DNA of 24,000 nucleotides from Nitrososphaerales archaeon (GTDB lineage: Archaea; Thermoproteota; Nitrososphaeria_A; Caldarchaeales; Wolframiiraptoraceae): contig JAGDWP010000027.1 in the NCBI GenBank assembly GCA_023269855.1, positions 4,826-28,825 of the forward strand. Direction: 5' to 3'. Both the position numbers and the translations under genes were made by a program. The notes under the pieces were generated by a model that worked only from the letters and a program-made list of their open reading frames with translations, had not been told where the DNA came from and ran no database searches. Every line of letters starts with the position of its first letter. The first letter of the stretch is position 1. Below are positions 1 through 9,351 of this stretch, one piece after another.

Positions 1-62
1 ATAAATATGGTGAGAGTAAGAGTAAACCCAACAAAATATCGGATGGTCTCATGTATTCTCAC
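1..62 (-). CDS. N-terminus of a membrane protein running off the left edge, next gene of the MoxR/DUF58 cluster (partial)
   Basis: A GTG (62..60) overlaps the TGA of the DUF58 gene and reads MRIHETIRYFVGFTLTLTIF. An alternative ATG at 52..50 reads MRPSDILLGLLLLSPYL. Both are hydrophobic. In related clusters this slot often holds a transglutaminase-like or other membrane protein, but identity cannot be read here. Confidence 0.35.
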   Translation of the reverse strand, partial: MRIHETIRYFVGFTLTLTIF

Positions 63-1264
63 TTGGAGGCTAGACTCCTCTTAAGACTAATTGAGAAATC
101 TCTAAGCTTAACGATTTCAACTGAACCCTGAATCTTGGAAGCAACATTCCTTAGTCTCTCACATTCATGATTTATTATCTTCTCTTCAACTATTCTGGAG
201 ACAACATCTGATAAGTCTATTAAAAGTAAATTGAACTTGAACCTCGTGTTCTCAAAATATTTTTCTAGAAAGTTCAATTCTTCTCTGTCTAATAGTCTAG
301 ATAGGTATATTAGGATGCCTCCAGAAGGAATAGAATCTTTCCCCGATACCAACTCTCCATAACTTAACTTCAATTGTATGAATACTGGTTTTCCATTATT
401 ATAGTTTAGTATCCAGACTCTTGAACCTTCTCTTAGGTAATGTAGAGCATGAGATATAGATATCTGTGTTATCCAGTTTAAGACGTTCCCAAAGGATGGG
501 ATGTCTAGATCTAATCCAGTTCCAAACCCGAAGATTAAGTCAGATGCTCTCCTCCTACTATATTCTTTAATGTATACTTCTTCTCCCTCTGTTCTAGCAG
601 TTCTCCTCCAATCAATGCTTCTCAAAGATAAGCTATCACTTTGTATACTCTCTCTATATTCTTCATGAACACCTATGAATGGATGCAATATATATCCAGG
701 GTAATTGAATCCTACAGGTACTTGAGATGCTACTATTCCTCTAGCTCTTACAGGCTCTTCGAAAGAATACATTATTCCAGATATTCTTGAATCAATTTCC
801 CTGCATACTAGCTCAAGATCATCTTTAGCTACAATTTGTAATGGTCCAACTCTGAGTAAACCTGCTTTTTCTACTTTAACAGTAAATTCGAATACGATAC
901 TATCTCTTCTATCTAGTCTACCTATCCAACTTGTCTCTCCTGAATCTATTCTTAACCCCTCACTGAGCGGTGCGTGAACTTCTATCTTCAATCTATCATT
1001 TAGCTTTGATTCTAAGTGTATTCTTACTCTTGACTTATCATTTATTGATAATATGTTTGGTTTGATACTCATGGAAACTTCAAAAGATTCTTCATTTAGT
1101 TTCTTAAGCTTCTGTACGCCTTTCACTATGTATAGAGTTAGGGTTAGAATGATGAATACAGGTGCTAAAAATATTGTTGGATGATTGAATAGCATGAGGG
1201 ATACGATGGCGAAGAATATTGCAGAGTATTGATATGTCCTAGCGGCTCTCTGAGTCAGCTTCAC
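59..1264 (-). CDS. DUF58 domain-containing protein (von Willebrand A-like fold family), membrane-anchored
   Basis: 401 aa; two N-terminal hydrophobic segments; DUF58-type motif region 'SIDWRRTARTEGEEVYIKEYSRRRASDL'; directly downstream of a MoxR ATPase. Confidence 0.88.
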   Translation of the reverse strand: MKLTQRAARTYQYSAIFFAIVSLMLFNHPTIFLAPVFIILTLTLYIVKGVQKLKKLNEESFEVSMSIKPNILSINDKSRVRIHLESKLNDRLKIEVHAPLSEGLRIDSGETSWIGRLDRRDSIVFEFTVKVEKAGLLRVGPLQIVAKDDLELVCREIDSRISGIMYSFEEPVRARGIVASQVPVGFNYPGYILHPFIGVHEEYRESIQSDSLSLRSIDWRRTARTEGEEVYIKEYSRRRASDLIFGFGTGLDLDIPSFGNVLNWITQISISHALHYLREGSRVWILNYNNGKPVFIQLKLSYGELVSGKDSIPSGGILIYLSRLLDREELNFLEKYFENTRFKFNLLLIDLSDVVSRIVEEKIINHECERLRNVASKIQGSVEIVKLRDFSISLKRSLASK

Positions 1265-2214
1265 CTGGGAGGCTCAACCTCCTCAACGATTTCTCTAAGC
1301 AGCTCCATAGTCTCCCGACGTAGTGTGATTGGATTACTACTACGGCTTTTAAGAATAATTCTGTGATTAAAAACTAGGTTAACTACAGATTTTACGTGGT
1401 CAGGTGTTACATAGGGCTTACCTTCTAGAGCGGCTGCAGCTTTTGAAGCATATAATAGTGAGACTTGCCCTCTTGGGCTAACACCTAACAAGACTTGTTC
1501 ATGTTTTCGAGTTTGCTGACCAAGCTTAACTATGTATTCTAGAATTGATCTATCAACATATACTCTTCTTGTTAATTCAATCGCTTTGAGGACATCTTGT
1601 AGGTCTGCAACTTTCTCTACCTCGAGTCTTTCACCATGTATTTGTTTCTTCTCAAGTATTTGGAGTTCATGGGAAGGGTCAAGATAGTCTATGAAGACTC
1701 TTATCAGAAATCTATCAAGTTCAGCTTCTGGGAGAGGATATGTTCCCTCAAGCTCAATAGGGTTTTGGGTAGCAATAATTAGAAAAGGCTTGGGTAGAGG
1801 GTAAACAGTACCTTCAATTGTTACTTGCTTCTCCTGCATACATTCGAGGAGAGCTGATTGAGAACGGGGGGATGCACGATTTATCTCATCCGCCAATACA
1901 ACATTCGCAAATATAGGACCATGTCTAAACTCTAAGGCCCCCTTAGCTCTATTATAAACGATTGACCCAGTTATATCGCTTGGCATAAGGTCTGCAGTAA
2001 ACTGTATTCTCTTAAATTCTAGTCCGAGAGAGTATGAGAAGACTCTAGCTAGATACGTTTTAGCTGTTCCAGGAGCTCCTTCTAAGAGTATGTGTCCCTC
2101 TACAAGTAATCCTATCAAAAGGCTTCTAATAGCTTCATCCATTCCAACTATAATCTCATGAATGTTAGAAGTCAATCTTTCAGCCATATCTTTAATGAAA
2201 CTATACTCATTCAA
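1261..2214 (-). CDS. MoxR-family AAA+ ATPase
   Basis: 317 aa; Walker A 'LLEGAPGTAKTYLARVF', Walker B 'VVLADEINRASPRSQSALLECMQEKQVTIEG', 'IIATQNPIELEGTYPLPEAELDRFL'; 4-nt overlap with the DUF58 gene. Confidence 0.96.
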   Translation of the reverse strand: MNEYSFIKDMAERLTSNIHEIIVGMDEAIRSLLIGLLVEGHILLEGAPGTAKTYLARVFSYSLGLEFKRIQFTADLMPSDITGSIVYNRAKGALEFRHGPIFANVVLADEINRASPRSQSALLECMQEKQVTIEGTVYPLPKPFLIIATQNPIELEGTYPLPEAELDRFLIRVFIDYLDPSHELQILEKKQIHGERLEVEKVADLQDVLKAIELTRRVYVDRSILEYIVKLGQQTRKHEQVLLGVSPRGQVSLLYASKAAAALEGKPYVTPDHVKSVVNLVFNHRIILKSRSSNPITLRRETMELLREIVEEVEPPR

Positions 2215-2405
2215 TCATTTTCACCTCTATTCTTTATTCTCTGTAACTCGGATGCAAGTAAGTCCGGCCACTCTTTCTTGCTATCTTTCTTACTATCTTT
2301 CTTATTTTCTAAACTCTTACTAACGTATTGGGGGATAAACAGTGATGCAATTATAGTTGAAGCAGCGATGACTAGGATTGTTAAGTTTACGCACATGTTA
2401 TTCAC
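2211..2405 (-). CDS. Small single-TM protein in the MoxR cluster, function unknown
   Basis: 64 aa; one N-terminal TM (LTILVIAASTIIASLFI) followed by a charged tail; overlaps both neighbouring genes by 4-8 nt. Confidence 0.6.
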   Translation of the reverse strand: MNNMCVNLTILVIAASTIIASLFIPQYVSKSLENKKDSKKDSKKEWPDLLASELQRIKNRGEND

Positions 2406-2862
2406 CTACATGAGTATTAATCCTTTCACTGAGTGATACGAGTCTTTCAGAAAATTGTTTTATTTCTTCTCCACTTGGGTCATGGCCCCCGAATCTAACG
2501 AGCTCATAGAAGTTGTACATTTCATAAAGGGTGCGGCTTGCATCCTTTGGCAAGTTATTACTAAGGATGTTCAAGACTTCCTTATTCGTTAAATTCCTAC
2601 CAATGTTTATATGATTTGACATTGTTAAATTAACAATTACCTCATTAAAGATAGCTATTACTGCCATTCTACTACCAATGTTCAAAACATATTCTTGGAA
2701 TTTTCTAGCAAAGTCTACTTGATTACTGGTTATCTTATTCTTAGCTTCTCGTACTCGCTTCTTGAGCTTGATATACCTAATCAGAACATAAATTGTTAAA
2801 AATGTTAGAGAGATATCGATTGTTATCCAGAATGCTGTTTCGAGATCTATCATCTGAGCCAC
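2398..2862 (-). CDS. DUF4129-like membrane protein of the MoxR/DUF58 cluster
   Basis: 154 aa; N-terminal TM and a C-terminal 'LYEMYNFYELVRFGGHDPSGEEIKQFSERLVSL' segment resembling the DUF4129 pattern (Lx.lYe.vRyGg..ps.ee). Assigned from the motif by eye. Confidence 0.6.
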   Translation of the reverse strand: MAQMIDLETAFWITIDISLTFLTIYVLIRYIKLKKRVREAKNKITSNQVDFARKFQEYVLNIGSRMAVIAIFNEVIVNLTMSNHINIGRNLTNKEVLNILSNNLPKDASRTLYEMYNFYELVRFGGHDPSGEEIKQFSERLVSLSERINTHVGE

Positions 2863-3629
2863 TTCTCTTCAACCTCCACTTTCTCAACTGGGAGAAAACT
2901 AAATATTGGATGAATAAATGTTGGGAAACCTCGAACTTCTTCTATAAATTCAATTGTTTGACCACCAGACTCTAGTCTCTGATAGTTTATCTCAACTAGA
3001 TCCCATACATTATCGAGGCTTATACCTTCTGAGATTTCAAAGTCTCTGTAATGTACTCTTAATTGACCCCATGGAGTATAGTATGTTATGGTGGGTTCAC
3101 CAACATAGTATCTCCCAGTTGTTGGAAGCATAAACGCTATCTTTACATTGGTTAAGCCTTCAAACGGTTCAGGATAAGCATTTATACCTGAAGATTCAAG
3201 CCTAAACCTGTAGAAAGTAATATTAACTTCACCATCAGAGACGACGTTTAGAGAGGTTTGCCAAACTGACTCAGCCCACTTTTTCCTAGCTACTGAAAGT
3301 GTATAGTTTCCTTTAGGTATAATGATGTATGCTTTTCCCTGGCTATCTGTAAAAGTTATCTCCCCACCTATCCTGATGAATGCATTTGATATAGGTGTGA
3401 CTGGAGCTGTCTCATTACCGAAATATGTCATAGAATGTCCAAGATCAGATTCCATCAAGTACATTGTAAGCTTAACGTATTCAGGTTCTTGGATTGAAAG
3501 AGATTCTTGAATGTTGCGTATTATCTGAGCTACAATGTCTTGGCTGCTGGGCATGCTGAATGAAAAAAGGAGAAAGGCCAGAGAAAGTAAAAGGACGACG
3601 ATTGCTGCAAGCGTAATCTTCTTCCACAT
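2850..3629 (-). CDS. Membrane-anchored extracellular protein with a beta-rich/Ig-like N-terminal region, function unknown
   Basis: 259 aa; N-terminal TM (LAAIVVLLLSLAFLLFSF), then 'GGEITFTDSQGKAYIIIPKGNYTLSVARKKWAESVWQTSLNVVSDGEVNITFYRFRL', similar to carboxypeptidase-regulatory/Ig-like repeats; 13-nt overlap with the next gene. Confidence 0.65.
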   Translation of the reverse strand: MWKKITLAAIVVLLLSLAFLLFSFSMPSSQDIVAQIIRNIQESLSIQEPEYVKLTMYLMESDLGHSMTYFGNETAPVTPISNAFIRIGGEITFTDSQGKAYIIIPKGNYTLSVARKKWAESVWQTSLNVVSDGEVNITFYRFRLESSGINAYPEPFEGLTNVKIAFMLPTTGRYYVGEPTITYYTPWGQLRVHYRDFEISEGISLDNVWDLVEINYQRLESGGQTIEFIEEVRGFPTFIHPIFSFLPVEKVEVEEKWLR

Positions 3630-3715
3630 TCGTTTTCCTATTCTAAAATCTGCTCAGATAGATATTAATGTTAAGAAGCTACATTACAATAATCATTATA
3701 AAGTTTTAACAAATT

Positions 3716-4363
3716 TTACAATAGATTTTTGATTTTTTGAGGAATTTCTTTAAAACTATTTACAAGGTAGTCCGGTTTTGAAGCTTGGAGCATTTCTAAA
3801 TCATGTGCTCCACCCGTTATAGCCATAGACCTAACTCCTACTTCTTTTGCAGCTAATACATCGTGAACGGTATCACCTACATGGATGACTTCGCTAACTT
3901 CTAGGCCTAGCCTCCTGACTGCCTCTACTATCATTTTACCGTTAGGTTTTAGATCCATAACATCATCTCTTGTAACTATTACATCAAAGTATGTATCCAT
4001 CATGACCTTCTTTAAACATAATTCAACACTCTTCCTACTATTATTAGTTGCAATAGCAAGTTTAATACCTCGACTCTTTAGGAATTCAATAACTTCTCTC
4101 ACTCCTTCTCTAAGTTCTGCAATTTCTGCAGCATTTATCTCGAATGGCTCGAAAACTTCATTCAATATTTTAAACGCAGTTATCCTGTCTTCTTCCTTTA
4201 ACTCGTTTAAAATATATGCGACTGGAAGGTCAAGTATAAACTCTGTATCGATTTGGAGCTTCTCTCTTAATCTATTTAGGAACTCTCTCTTCGCTTCATA
4301 AAGCTTAAGCTTATGCACTAGTAGTGTCCCATCTAAATCGAATATTACACCTCTAATAGTCAT
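3716..4363 (-). CDS. HAD-superfamily hydrolase (phosphatase-like)
   Basis: Motif I 'GVIFDLDGTLL', motif II region 'LAIATNNSRK', C-terminal 'VIHVGDTVHDVLAAKEVG'. The track ORF extends to 4414, but the ATG at 4363 sits directly before the HAD motif and is preferred. Confidence 0.88.
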   Translation of the reverse strand: MTIRGVIFDLDGTLLVHKLKLYEAKREFLNRLREKLQIDTEFILDLPVAYILNELKEEDRITAFKILNEVFEPFEINAAEIAELREGVREVIEFLKSRGIKLAIATNNSRKSVELCLKKVMMDTYFDVIVTRDDVMDLKPNGKMIVEAVRRLGLEVSEVIHVGDTVHDVLAAKEVGVRSMAITGGAHDLEMLQASKPDYLVNSFKEIPQKIKNLL

Positions 4364-4440
4364 TTTCCTTATATTGAAGAGAAAATCTGTATAGTAAATA
4401 TCTTTGTATAACAATGTTGCAATAATGTAAGTACTGCTAA

Positions 4441-5403
4441 TTATGGTATTACATGGGTTCCAGACTTACCGTTGACAGCTTCCATCAACTGTGTGAGCTC
4501 CCCAATTATTGCTTCTTCTCCTCCCGAGTCTATGAATCTTATGGCTGCTTTAACTTTCGGCCCCATACTTCCAGGTGGAAAATGTCCTTCATTGTATAAC
4601 TTCTTTAATTCTTGAGCTTTTATCGTTTGTATCTTCTGCTGAGTCTCCTTTCCGTAGTTGATGTATACTGCATCTACATCTGTTAATATTATGAATTTTT
4701 CAGCTTCCAAGAAGGTAGCCAGCCTTTCTCCAGCAAGATCTTTATCTATTACAGCTTCCACACCTTTGAACACTCCATCTTCTTCTATCACGGGGATGCC
4801 TCCGCCTCCACTTGCAACCACTATTACCCCTGCGTCTACTAAAGATTTAATCACTGGCCCCTCAACTATGTACTTTGGATCAGGTGATGGGACAACTCTT
4901 CTCCATCCACCCCTCGCTTTATCTTCTTTGAATATGTATTCGGGATGTATCTTTTTTATCTTTTCGACTTCTTCTAAACTATAGAATGGTCCAACAGGTT
5001 TGCTGGGATTAATGAAGTCGGGGTCTTCTTTATCAACTACTACTCTAGTAACAATTGTTACTACATGCTTTCTCAGATTTCTACTAGATAATTCGTTTAC
5101 TAATGCTTGCTGTATCATGTAGCCGATGAATCCCTGTGTTTCAGCTCCACATACATCCATTGGGAAAGCAGGTATATTGTATAGTTTTTCTCCAGCATCA
5201 TGTCTTAAGATTGTAGCTCCAACCTGCGGCCCATTACCATGAGTGATCACGATATTGTATCCTGCTTCTATAATATCTGCTAAGATCTTACAAGTTTGTC
5301 TAACATTCTCATACTGTTCTTCAAAAGATCCTCTCTGATTTCTTCTTAGTAATGCGTTACCTCCTAAAGCGATGACCATTAAATTTCTATGTCTAGTCTT
5401 CAT
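4441..5403 (-). CDS. arcC: Carbamate kinase
   Basis: 320 aa; '[13 protein letters not shown]', '[13 protein letters not shown]', '[35 protein letters not shown]', '[17 protein letters not shown]', all hallmarks of carbamate kinase. Confidence 0.96.
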   Translation of the reverse strand: MKTRHRNLMVIALGGNALLRRNQRGSFEEQYENVRQTCKILADIIEAGYNIVITHGNGPQVGATILRHDAGEKLYNIPAFPMDVCGAETQGFIGYMIQQALVNELSSRNLRKHVVTIVTRVVVDKEDPDFINPSKPVGPFYSLEEVEKIKKIHPEYIFKEDKARGGWRRVVPSPDPKYIVEGPVIKSLVDAGVIVVASGGGGIPVIEEDGVFKGVEAVIDKDLAGERLATFLEAEKFIILTDVDAVYINYGKETQQKIQTIKAQELKKLYNEGHFPPGSMGPKVKAAIRFIDSGGEEAIIGELTQLMEAVNGKSGTHVIP

Positions 5404-5652
5404 GTTTTCTTGCTACGTCTGTTAACTCAAAAACCTTCTCTTACAAGCATGTTCCGCAACATCGAATTCTTCATTAATGAAGTAAGCTTAAGAATCTTTA
5501 ACCTGGCATGCAATTTTGTAAGCATTCTTTACATCCTGGGATAATTTTTTCAAAATCATTATGAGCTTGGATAAAATCGATGAAGAAAATCTGCCTGCTA
5601 GATGGATTATTAAATATTTAATTGATGATAAATTTTAGAAAGAATAGATTGG

Positions 5653-6633
5653 TCATTCCTCTCTTGAGTAGGGTATTCCTAGTGAGGCGGGCGCTCCCAG
5701 CCTTTTCTTTATACTCTCAGTAGAGATGATTATTAGTGTTATTATTGTTACGATGTAGGGTAGCATTGCGAGGAAGTAGGGGCTTTGAGCTCCTAAACCG
5801 AACAATTGTAATCTATATTGGAATGTTTCTACTCCTCCGAATAGGTATGCTCCAAGGATTGCTCTCAACGGGTTCCATGTAGCTAGTATCACTAGAGCGA
5901 GAGCTATGAATCCTCTTCCAGCCGTTACTTCTTCTCTCCAGAATGGGTGGAAGCCTATGAAGAAGTAAGCTCCAGCTAAGCTTGCGAAAGCTCCACTAAG
6001 TATTACTGTAACCCGTCTCACTAAGTAAACATTTACTCCAAGTGAATCAGCCATAGATGGATTTTCACCGACAGACCTTATGGTTAAACCTATACTTGTC
6101 TTGAATAATATAAACCACATAATTAATGAAGCGATGAGTGAGAAGTATACGAGTATGTTATGGCTGAAGAACATCTTACCCAGGATAGGTATGTCTGAAA
6201 GTAATGGTATAGGGATCTCTGGAAGTTTTTCAGACTGCTGAGTAGCTAGAATTTCCTGCGGCAGGTATGGGTTAAGCCTTAGCAGTAAATTCTTCCTGAT
6301 CTCTGGGAATGTGATGAATCCGCTTAAGCCTATTCCAAGCATTGTTAGAGCTAAGCCGACTATGACTTGATTCAATTTCATATCTACAACTAGGATTGAG
6401 AGGATGAACCCCATTAATGCACCAACTATAATTGACATGATGATTGCTGCGAAATGTCCATAAGCTAATGAGAAGATGAAAGATGTTGCTGCACCCATTA
6501 TCATTGTTCCTTCAAGTCCAAGATTTAGAACGCCTGAACGTTCAGCATAGATCTCGCCAAGGGAAGCTAGAAGATAAACTGTCCCCATCTGAACAGTTAA
6601 CTGGAGTACTTGTTCAATCCACTCAACACTCAT
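5653..6633 (-). CDS. ABC transporter permease, BMP/nucleoside (NupQ/YufQ-like) family
   Basis: 326 aa; 'YLLASLGEIYAERSGVLNLGLEGTMIMGAATSF' is the typical motif; several TMs; overlaps the adjacent permease. Confidence 0.9.
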   Translation of the reverse strand: MSVEWIEQVLQLTVQMGTVYLLASLGEIYAERSGVLNLGLEGTMIMGAATSFIFSLAYGHFAAIIMSIIVGALMGFILSILVVDMKLNQVIVGLALTMLGIGLSGFITFPEIRKNLLLRLNPYLPQEILATQQSEKLPEIPIPLLSDIPILGKMFFSHNILVYFSLIASLIMWFILFKTSIGLTIRSVGENPSMADSLGVNVYLVRRVTVILSGAFASLAGAYFFIGFHPFWREEVTAGRGFIALALVILATWNPLRAILGAYLFGGVETFQYRLQLFGLGAQSPYFLAMLPYIVTIITLIIISTESIKKRLGAPASLGIPYSREE

Positions 6634-7730
6634 TCTATTCCACCTTTCTGAACTATCATAATCCTATATCTTTTAATGAATTCGCCTACTATTATGAATA
6701 GGAAGATTGAGGCTTGACAGATTTCAACTGCTGCTCCAGGAATCTTTAATGCTGCTTGTAGTATGTCACCTGCTACAAATAATCCTCCAAAGAATATGCT
6801 AACAGGGATTATTAACCAAGGATTTAAAGATGAGAGTAAGACCACAATTATAGCTGTATATCCGTATCCCGGTGAAGCTCTCGGTCTCAACCTTCCAATT
6901 ATGCCGCTAACGATAGTCAGTCCACCGAGACCAGCTACTCCTCCTGAAAGGAAGCCTCCTAGAGTAATTACTTTAGAAAGATTTATACCTGCATACCTAG
7001 CGGTATCAATGCTTTCTCCAACGATCTTGAGTTCAAATCCTAGTTTTGTGTATTTTAGAATGACGTAAACTAGTGCTGCGGTTAAGGATAATAGGAGTAA
7101 ACCAGTGTATGCGAATTCTCCAAGTAACATTACTAATTTAGCGTAGTCAGGGAAGGGTGCAGATAGAGGGAATCCGTATCCTTTGGGGTCTCTCCATGGA
7201 CCATATATTAGGAAATCTACAAAGTACATTGCTACGTAATTCATCATTAAAGTTGTAAGTATCTCGTTTACTTTCATCTTTATCTTTAGGAATGCGGGGA
7301 GACTACACCATAGACCGCCAGTAATGAATGCAGCTAACATCATTAAGAACATGACTAGGTAGTCTGGGATTAACCCATAGTATAAGTGGAGTAACACTAT
7401 CCCTGTTGAAGCAAACATACCCATATACATTTGACCCTCGGCTCCAATATTCCAGAAGTTCATCCTGAAAGCTATGCTCAAACCTAAAGCTGCTAATCCA
7501 ATAGGTATAGCTCTCTTAAACGATTCAAAGAGGAGTGTTGGAGAAGAGAAGACCATCGTGATGTGGTAGTATACATCTACAGGGTTTATCCCCATGAAAA
7601 TGAAGATTAAACCTACTACTAGAAATGCTAGGATTAAGCTGAGAAACGTTATCGATATAGAGACCTTTCGAGTTATATATGTTCTTTTCTGTATTTTGAC
7701 AGTGTACGGTATTGCCAGCAACTTAGCCAT
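6630..7730 (-). CDS. ABC transporter permease, BMP/nucleoside (NupP/YufP-like) family
   Basis: 366 aa; 'MNFWNIGAEGQMYMGMFAS', 'VNEILTTLMMNYVAMYFVDFL', 'GLGGLTIVSGIIGRLRPRASPGYGYTAIIVVLL'. Confidence 0.9.
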   Translation of the reverse strand: MAKLLAIPYTVKIQKRTYITRKVSISITFLSLILAFLVVGLIFIFMGINPVDVYYHITMVFSSPTLLFESFKRAIPIGLAALGLSIAFRMNFWNIGAEGQMYMGMFASTGIVLLHLYYGLIPDYLVMFLMMLAAFITGGLWCSLPAFLKIKMKVNEILTTLMMNYVAMYFVDFLIYGPWRDPKGYGFPLSAPFPDYAKLVMLLGEFAYTGLLLLSLTAALVYVILKYTKLGFELKIVGESIDTARYAGINLSKVITLGGFLSGGVAGLGGLTIVSGIIGRLRPRASPGYGYTAIIVVLLSSLNPWLIIPVSIFFGGLFVAGDILQAALKIPGAAVEICQASIFLFIIVGEFIKRYRIMIVQKGGIE

Positions 7731-7745
7731 AATGACACCTTTTTC

Positions 7746-9275
7746 CTATGTTGATGCGATCTCTACACCGGCCATCATTAAACCTATCTTTTCAATATCT
7801 AATTCTCCAGGCTTAAATACACTAACGATCTTACCATCATGCATTACAGCGACTCTATCACATACCATTAACGCTTCTTCTACATCTTCTGATACGATAA
7901 GTATTCCAGAACCCCTTCTACTATATTCTATTAATGTTTTGTGTACAAACTCTGTTGCACCTATGTCGAGACCCTTAGTTGGATACGCAGCAACAATCAG
8001 TCTAGGTATTCTTTCACCGATCAATCCTGATAGTTCTCTCGCTAAGATAAGTCTTTGCAGATTACCACCCGAGAGAGATCTAGCTTGAGCTGAGAGGCTT
8101 GGAGAAACTATCTGGAAAGCCTTGACTAATTCTTCTGACTTTTCGTATATTGTCTTCCAATTTATTAATACTCCATTCGAATAAGGCTTATATCTATACG
8201 CTTTCATGAATAAGTTGTCTGCAATTGTTAAGTTCGGGATAATTCCATATTTTAGGGGCTCCGGTGGAATGAATGCTACACCTAACTTAATAATCTTCTC
8301 GGGACTATTATTAACGATGTTCACACCATCAATGAGTATGGAGCCTTCAGTAGCTTTCCTTAAGCCTGATATTACTTCAACTAATTCTTGTTGACCGTTG
8401 CCTGTTACACCTATTATTCCAACTATCTCATTCTTCATAACAGTTAGGTTTACGCCTTTCAATGCTAGAACACCTTTATCATTAAAAGCTTTCAGATTCT
8501 TTATGACCATTACTTCTTCACTTGGTTGGACTTCCTTCTTTTCTATAGTAAATATTACTGGTCTACCAACCATGTATTGGGCTAGCTCTGACATATTTGT
8601 CTTACTCGTCTCCTTGAGGAATACTACTTTCCCCCTCCTCATCACTGTAACTCTATCACTGATAGCGAATACTTCGTCAAGCTTATGAGTGATGAAGATT
8701 ACTCCTTTTCCCTCATTAGCCATTCTCCTCAGAGCCTGAAATAGTATTTTGCATTCCTGAGGTGTAAGAACAGAAGTTGGTTCATCAAGTATTAGAATCT
8801 TCGCATCACGGTAGAGAAGCTTCAATAATTCTACTTGCTGCTTCTCACCTGCAGTAAGCTGCCAAACATACGCGCTAGGGTTTATCCTCCATCCATATGA
8901 TTCTGCAAGCTGTTTAATCTTCTCGCCTATAGCTTTATAATTTATTATGAGACCGACTTCTTTAAGCCCTAGAATAATATTCTCTAATACTGTGTGTGAA
9001 GGTATTAGCTTGAAATTTTGGTGAACCATTCCTATCCCAAGCTTTATAGCATCTCTAGGAGATTCTATCTTAACTCTCCTACCTTCAATAAATATCTCTC
9101 CACTATCGGGCCGATAGAGACCGTATAGAATATTCATTAGAGTAGTCTTGCCTGCACCATTCTCCCCAAGTAATGCATGGATCTCTCCTTTTCTAAGACT
9201 AAAGTCTACATTGTCATTAGCTACTACTCCTGGAAAACGTTTTACTATCCCTCTAAGAGATACTAGTTCCTCCAA
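7746..9275 (-). CDS. ABC transporter ATP-binding protein with two tandem ABC domains (BMP/nucleoside importer)
   Basis: Walker A 'ALLGENGAGKTTLMNILYG', signature 'LTAGEKQQVELLKLLYRDAKILILDEPTSVLT', second-domain signature 'LSGGNLQRLILARELSG'. The track starts at 9374, but homology begins at 'LEELVSLRGIVKRFPG', so the TTG at 9275 is preferred. Confidence 0.92.
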   Translation of the reverse strand: MEELVSLRGIVKRFPGVVANDNVDFSLRKGEIHALLGENGAGKTTLMNILYGLYRPDSGEIFIEGRRVKIESPRDAIKLGIGMVHQNFKLIPSHTVLENIILGLKEVGLIINYKAIGEKIKQLAESYGWRINPSAYVWQLTAGEKQQVELLKLLYRDAKILILDEPTSVLTPQECKILFQALRRMANEGKGVIFITHKLDEVFAISDRVTVMRRGKVVFLKETSKTNMSELAQYMVGRPVIFTIEKKEVQPSEEVMVIKNLKAFNDKGVLALKGVNLTVMKNEIVGIIGVTGNGQQELVEVISGLRKATEGSILIDGVNIVNNSPEKIIKLGVAFIPPEPLKYGIIPNLTIADNLFMKAYRYKPYSNGVLINWKTIYEKSEELVKAFQIVSPSLSAQARSLSGGNLQRLILARELSGLIGERIPRLIVAAYPTKGLDIGATEFVHKTLIEYSRRGSGILIVSEDVEEALMVCDRVAVMHDGKIVSVFKPGELDIEKIGLMMAGVEIAST

Positions 9276-9351
9276 AACTGCTCCCCAATAATTAAAGCAC
9301 TCTGTTAATAAAAAATATGTGTGAGGTTGTATGGTTTTATTCTCTCCAATA

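Noticed and set aside
2158-2436. 92-aa plus-strand ORF over the small MoxR-cluster genes, and 2793..2975, 3322..3510, 3535..3732
   Set aside because: Antisense to an overlapping operon with better coding evidence on the minus strand.
3885-4301. 138-aa plus-strand ORF, and 4658..4984 (108 aa)
   Set aside because: Antisense shadows of the HAD hydrolase and carbamate kinase genes.
5483-5652. Short 25-codon frame (MSLDKIDEENLPARWIIKYLIDDKF) before the ABC permease stop
   Set aside because: Too short and featureless to support as a gene.
7594-8088. 164-aa plus-strand ORF, with similar ones at 8206..8394, 8398..8688 and 6763..7068
   Set aside because: Antisense to well-supported ABC transporter genes; no recognisable domain.
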